From Orbicella franksi (lineage: Eukaryota), in assembly GCA_964199315.1 (NCBI GenBank), contig OZ116705.1, positions 7,440,001-7,504,000 on the forward strand: a stretch of DNA of 64,000 nt. The letters are read 5' to 3'. Position 1 is the first letter of the stretch. Each line of letters opens with the position of its first letter. The notes below the pieces were generated by a model. The model did no database searches and had not been told where the DNA came from. It worked only from the letters and a program-made list of their open reading frames with translations. A program made the translations under genes and the position numbers. Below are positions 58,595 through 64,000 of the stretch, piece after piece.

Positions 58595-61500
58595 ATAATA
58601 ATAATAATAATAATACTTTATACAAATACAGAGTGCAAAGAGTATTTGAAAAGGAGGACCATGAGGTTATCCCTATTTAGGTCCCCTAACTAAAATTACC
58701 ATCTAAAATTTAAAATTTTAAAATATCTATTACATAAATAATTAACAATTTAAAATTTAAAAATTTGAAATATCTGCTAAGTAAATAATTGACAATCTAA
58801 AATTTAAAAGTTTGAAATATCTATTATGTAAATAATTAACAGTCCAAAGTTTAAAATCTAAAATATCTATGATATCTATAATCTAGGTACTGTGGCATAT
58901 AATTAATGAATATTCATCCACTTTTTGAGGCTTGATTTGAACCTGTTTGCATTAATGTTGTTGATGTCGTGTCCGAACAAGTGGTTTGGCAAATTATTCC
59001 ATTCCTTAATAATTCTAACAAAGAAGGAATACTTGAAGGCATTAATTCTTGCTGATTTCGTTTGGATCTTAAACGCATGGTTAGCTCTAGTGCTTTTGCT
59101 TCTACAACACTCAAAATAATCGTTAAAGTCTAAACCATTTAATCCGAACACTGTTTTATAACATTCTACTAAGGACAGGTACTCTCGTGGATGCTGAAGT
59201 GAGTTCCAATTTAGTAATTTGCATCGTTCTTCGTATGGCATCTCACGGAGTTTTTGCCCAAGAGCAATTCTTGATGCTCTTCGTTGTACTTTTTCAATAG
59301 CTAGTATATCTTTGACTAGGTGCGGTGACCATACAGGACATGCATATTCTAGGATCGGTCTCACCAATGACTTGTAAAGCATAGAGAAAATTTCTTTGTT
59401 CTTACTGCCAACTGTACGCTTTAACAAGCCCAGCACTTTGTTTGTTTTGTTCACAATTACGTCCACGTGATTCAACCAGGATAAGTCTCTTGACATGTTA
59501 ACACCTAGGTCTTTATATGAGTCAACAAATCTTAATCCTGTATTTGACAGGTAATAAGGATGTGTACTTTTGTCCTGCTTATGCGTTATTCTCATTACTT
59601 CGCATTTCTCAGAGTTGAACTTAACTTGCCAACTCTTTGTCCAGTTTTCTAGGGAATCCAGGTCAGACTGTAGTGCAAACATATCATCGACATTGTTGAG
59701 TTCACGGTAGATCTTTTGTATCATCAGCAAACAGTTTGATAGTAGATGTAACGACGTTTGGTATGTCGTTGACATAAATCAGGAACAAAGTAGGTCCGAG
59801 AATTGTGCCCTGGGGCACACCAGATGTTACCTGGGACCAACTAGAGTAGGTGCCACGTATTACGACCCTCTGATGCCTGTTTGTTAAAAAGTTTCTAAAC
59901 CATCGCAACAGTGGCCCATCAATACCGTAGCGGCTAAGCTTAAGTAGAAGGCGCTCGTGAGGCACACTGTCGAATGCTTTCGACAAGTCTAGGAAAATGG
60001 CATCTGTTGTTTTCGAGTTGTTTCTGGATAAGCACCAGTCGTGGAAACAACTTAAAAGTTGTGCGAGCGTCGACTTTCCTTCCAAGTAGCCAAACTGATT
60101 TGGGTTTAAGACATGGTGGGTGGACCAAAAGGTTGTAATTCTAGAACGTACTATCTTGTCGGCTATTTTACAGACAATAGATGTTAAGGAAATTTGACGA
60201 TAGTTCTCTTTTTTATGCTTGTTTCCCTTTTTGTGAATCGGTGTTATGTTTGCTATTTTCCAGTCAGCTGGCAACATCCCAGTCGAGAAAGACTAGCCAG
60301 GGGGGTGGTCAGAGAACTTCTGGCCGCTGGGACTGTCTTTGAGTCAATGCGGGCATGTTTTTGCGAATTCGGTTAGATATATGTATTAATCAACCGAAGA
60401 AGCCTAAGCTTGAGTTCAGCAATGGATCTTTCCAAGCAGTTCAGGTTAACATCACAGTCTTGTGGTTAATGCAACGCGTCGGGGATTTAGCAATGATTGG
60501 TTTTTATTTTACAGGCAGTTGTGATCAAGATTACCGATTTGAGTGTGGGTGGCTCGGAATAGATGAACAAACCTGCTTGGCAAGAAACTGCTGTTGGGAT
60601 AACAGCGATCCATCCAAGAAGTTTTGTTTCGTTAAGAAAGGCACACGTAAGAGTTGTTTAAATTACATGTACATTTTTGGTTCTCTTCTTGTCACTCTAT
60701 ATGAAAAGGATGGAAGTACTCGTCGTACCCTTCAGTGGTATTTATCGCTAAAAAAAGTAATTATGAAAGTGTCAGTTAATAGGTTTTTAAAAAATTGCTA
60801 CCTCTTTGTAGTGAAAAAAAAAAAAAAAAAAAATTGAAGCCACGCCCACAGAACAGGATCTTGGTACCTCAAGATTTCCGACGAGCACCCTTGCAAAGAG
60901 GAGTTCTCAAACGTGGCAGAAGAAAAGAAATACCTAGAAAAAACATATGTGAAGGTTTTGGTCACGGCAATTCGTGAGAGTTCCATGCTCTACCTTCTAT
61001 AGAATGTCTTTTGTTTGCAGTATATTCATCTCTCCGCTAACGGACACTCTCGTAAGCGGACAGCTCTACTTACAGACACTATTTAAATTTCCCGTTTTAC
61101 CTCCCAGTCGAACTTTGTATTTACACAAACCCGTCACTGAGCGCACACTCTCGTAAGCGGACACGGACACTTCTGAAAATAAAAATTGGATTTTTCTTTT
61201 GTTTACGCTTTCTCGTGAGCGGACACCCAATGTATAAAAATTGACTCTTGGCTATGAACATAGAGGAGTTAAACTTTATATATATATATATTTTGAGTTT
61301 GAACATTTGACATCAATAAAGAGTTTCGGTTGTTATTTTTGGCTACGTAATAAAACATGTAATGGGGACATCCACCCTATTTTTCTTTGGTGTCCGCTGG
61401 GAATAATTCTCGTAAGCGGACATCTCTACTAGCGGACAGTTTTTCCAGTTCCCGAGGGTGCCTGATTACGAGAAAGTTGACTGTATTTGTATCTACTGTT

Positions 61501-63947
61501 AGACCAATGGTACAGTTGGAAGCAGGACCATTCTTGACATCAACCGGATATTTCTCACTACATATAATCAATATTCCCCAGTCAATACAATCCTAAAATC
61601 GTGGTTTAAGATAGACTGTTTGCAGCCTCTCTATGTTTCAACGCACGCAAAAGAAAAAGCGAGTGAAGTGAGCTCGAAGCACGTGGAGGTGGGGGCGGGA
61701 AGGTGAGCGAAGCAAGCCAAACTAAGAATGGTACCCTGTCAAATCTCTCGTTTTTTCGCTGGCCTCCAGTTCTCTGGCGATTCTACCCTCGTGTTCAACG
61801 ATCGAATAAAAATACGAGATAATAGAGGGCTTTGAACAGTCTAGGTTTACGAGAATTCATCAAATATTACAATTGTACCTGTCTTTACCTTTACTTCGTT
61901 TCAAACATTACAATTAATACAGATCTCCCTGATGGACTTTGCCCCGTTGCTCCTTCTGAACGCGAGGAATGCGGTTATTATGGAATAACAAAGGAGGAGT
62001 GTCTGGGTAAATCTTGTTGTTGGGACCCAACAGTTCCTAACACTAAGTGGTGTTTCAAACAGCCAAGTGAGTATAGGACTAATATACTACACGATATATT
62101 TAATTTTTTGATAAGTAATAGTAACTGGGCCTAGTATATAAACAATTCAGGGAGTAATCTGGCGCCGGGTTCATTTCAAAATCGGACGAACGTACAGCCC
62201 AAAGCCGAATTGAAATTACACTAAAGCACGAATATTCCCTGAATTGTACGACGTCTAGGATCAAGCCAGATTTCGGTGATAGCAAAAACGTAAAAATTGC
62301 TCTCAAAAACTAATATTTTCAGGCTCGGCCAGAGGTTTTGGGTATACGGTCGTATCCAGAGTCGTTTTAATTCGGATTTATGGTATATTTTGTCACGATA
62401 TATTCGGGTATAAAGTATCTTGTTTTCCCTGAATTTTAATTACGTATTCGGTATACAGACTTTAATTAAACGTATAAGTTTGGTCAAGTTTATTTTAAAT
62501 ATTTATCATAATTATTTTGAGGTATAATGGTATGTTAAGGGAAATAAAAATTGGGTATATTGGTGTAATGAAATTGATATAGTGATGGCACGAGCTATGA
62601 TGTGCGCGCTAAGATGTATAACGGTTGTATTTGAATGTATACTCGCAAGAGTTCTAAAACTAAGAAACGGTTATATGGTGAGTACGGGATGCGCAATGTA
62701 CTCGTAATACAGGATATATAGGGGACTCACGTCATGCAGTGGCCTGTGTGTGTGTTAGTAGACTTGCCATGTACAAGTAAGCTAAACGTTAAGAGTCGAG
62801 TAATTAAACCGTTGGCCGTTGGACTCTTTGACTGGAAGTTGTTTTCGCCCGCGCGCGTTACATTGGTATCCCATTTCCCTAGCCGGGCCTACACTGGTGG
62901 TCATCAGCCGTTCAAAAATTCGTCCAGTTCCGCCGGTCCCGTGTAAACGCATGGTAGAACCGTGCAAGTTTTTGTCCATGCAAAAATTTGTCCGGACCCG
63001 TGTAAACGTGGCCTAAGATCACTTTTAACACGAATCAAGTTGGTGATCAGCCTTTCAGTAAGTTATTGTGTTACAATTTGTAATTTAGAGAGCTACTTTT
63101 AAAGTTATACCATCCCCATAGAATGTTTCGTTTCCAGTCGCCCGATCTACCCAGTTTTTAGGAAAAGTTAAGAAAAAACCCGTTAGATTTACGCTGTCTG
63201 ACAAGCAAAATTTTACTTTTTAACTAATTCACAGTCTGTTTTAAATTTAAAAAAGCAACAAAACATAAAAACCAGGAAAAATATGTGATCAAGAACTAAT
63301 GTTGAATTGAAAGCTGTTATATCTTTCAATATCTTATTTAATAGCCTGTACATTAAATCGGAAGTGTTTGTGGAAGTCATTTCACGTCTCTCAGCATATG
63401 CATACTTGGAAACAAAGGTTATATTAAACAGCATTGCGTGAATGGAGGGATTTAAGATTCAACCCATAAACAGCCCTAAACCCTGACATGGTTGCCTTCA
63501 TCATTAGCAACACAGTGCAACCTCGTCCCCAGGGCCTTCTCCTCGACGATTTCCTAAATTTAAAAACTGGAGAATCGAAGGCCCTGGGGACCAGGTCGCA
63601 ACACAGTGCTAAATACTACAACAATACTGTACTTTAAGGTACAATCCACAGGGGTGATATAAATTGCTACATTGATTAACTATGTTTCCCTGGACGTTCA
63701 TAGAATCTCATCAGTGGACACACCAAGCATTGAGGTTATGCTATGTTTTGTGCTGTTCAGCTTTTTGTTTTTACTGAAATCTGGCAATCCTTTGTGTCTG
63801 TCAGAGGAGAAGCCACTGGGATGCACCATCTATCATGGTATATACGGCACCTGTAAGTACGTGTGTGATCCGGACGAGGAAAAAATGTACGGAATGGGAG
63901 CGTGCCAGGGGCGCATCTGCTGTTACCATGGCTACCCATCAAAATGA
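57609..63947 (+). CDS. Gene A: secreted signal-trefoil-trefoil-beta-defensin-like protein, 165 aa, 4 coding exons
   Basis: Exons of 79+132+144+143 = 498 nt. All introns are phase 1 GT-AG and the frame is open. Confidence 0.82.
58546..60360 (-). mobile_element. 5'-truncated L2/CR1-group non-LTR retrotransposon in gene A intron 1, one frameshift
   Basis: [53 protein letters not shown]. +1 shift near 59715. 3' UTR has ~55-bp tandem units, and an (AAT)n run at 58546-58614 is a possible tail. Confidence 0.93.
60515..60646 (+). CDS. Gene A trefoil (P-type) domain exon 1
   Basis: ttttacag|GC..., [44 protein letters not shown]|gtaaga; C-x7-C-x9-C-x4-CC-x10-C. Confidence 0.92.
61017..61483. mobile_element. 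Tc1/mariner-type MITE
   Basis: Repeated taagcggacac subterminal motifs; ends gttgactg|ta. Confidence 0.6.
61612..61843. mobile_element. 232-bp TAG...CTA-ended element with a 9-bp target duplication
   Basis: ggtttaaga|TAGACTGTT ... AACAGTCTA|ggtttacga (one mismatch). Confidence 0.75.
61923..62066 (+). CDS. Gene A trefoil domain exon 2
   Basis: [48 protein letters not shown]|gtgagt; C-x9-C-x9-C-x4-CC-x10-C. Confidence 0.93.
63518..63598. mobile_element. 81-bp palindromic mini-element with a 10-bp target duplication
   Basis: caacacagtg|CAACCTCGTCCCCAGGGCC ... GGCCCTGGGGACCAGGTCG|caacacagtg. Confidence 0.82.
63805..63947 (+). CDS. Gene A last exon: six-Cys beta-defensin-like domain
   Basis: gtctgtcag|AG GAG..., [46 protein letters not shown]. 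Confidence 0.88.
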
Positions 63948-64000
63948 GTAAGCAAACGTTTTTCATTGTATTAACGTAAAAGTTTTAGGGAAGAATAGCT

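Noticed and set aside
63672-63804. Hydrophobic N-terminus of ORF 63672..63947 as a standalone signal peptide
   Set aside because: It is the intronic pyrimidine tract read in frame; paralog homology and the ctgtcag acceptor place the exon start at 63805.

Overview
Animal (anthozoan, most likely stony-coral) genomic DNA, inferred from spliceosomal introns, a KCNQ channel and coral-type SINE/MITE families. There are three zones. (1) 1-19.7 kb: a ~10.6-kb-period tandem segmental duplication. Each unit carries a single-ORF 451-aa type II membrane protein with a DxD motif (putative GT-A glycosyltransferase) and a decayed Bel/Pao retrotransposon. A third, inverted paralog follows, split by a 1-kb long-TIR element. 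(2) 23.1-43.5 kb: a complete 15-exon KCNQ (Kv7) channel gene, ~897 aa when spliced by hand, with prolines in S4 and a Shaker-like pore helix. (3) 46.5-64 kb: a head-to-head pair of paralogous secreted-peptide genes that the ORF track misses. Gene B (minus) is signal peptide + six-Cys beta-defensin-like domain (73 aa). Gene A (plus) has the same first and last exons, with two phase-1/phase-1 trefoil exons between them (165 aa). Homologous promoter/first-exon modules point at each gene, and a degenerate tandem array with a conserved Fox-type motif lies between them. The trefoil-defensin pair is the best candidate for an undescribed system. All gene models are manual; no database searches were run.
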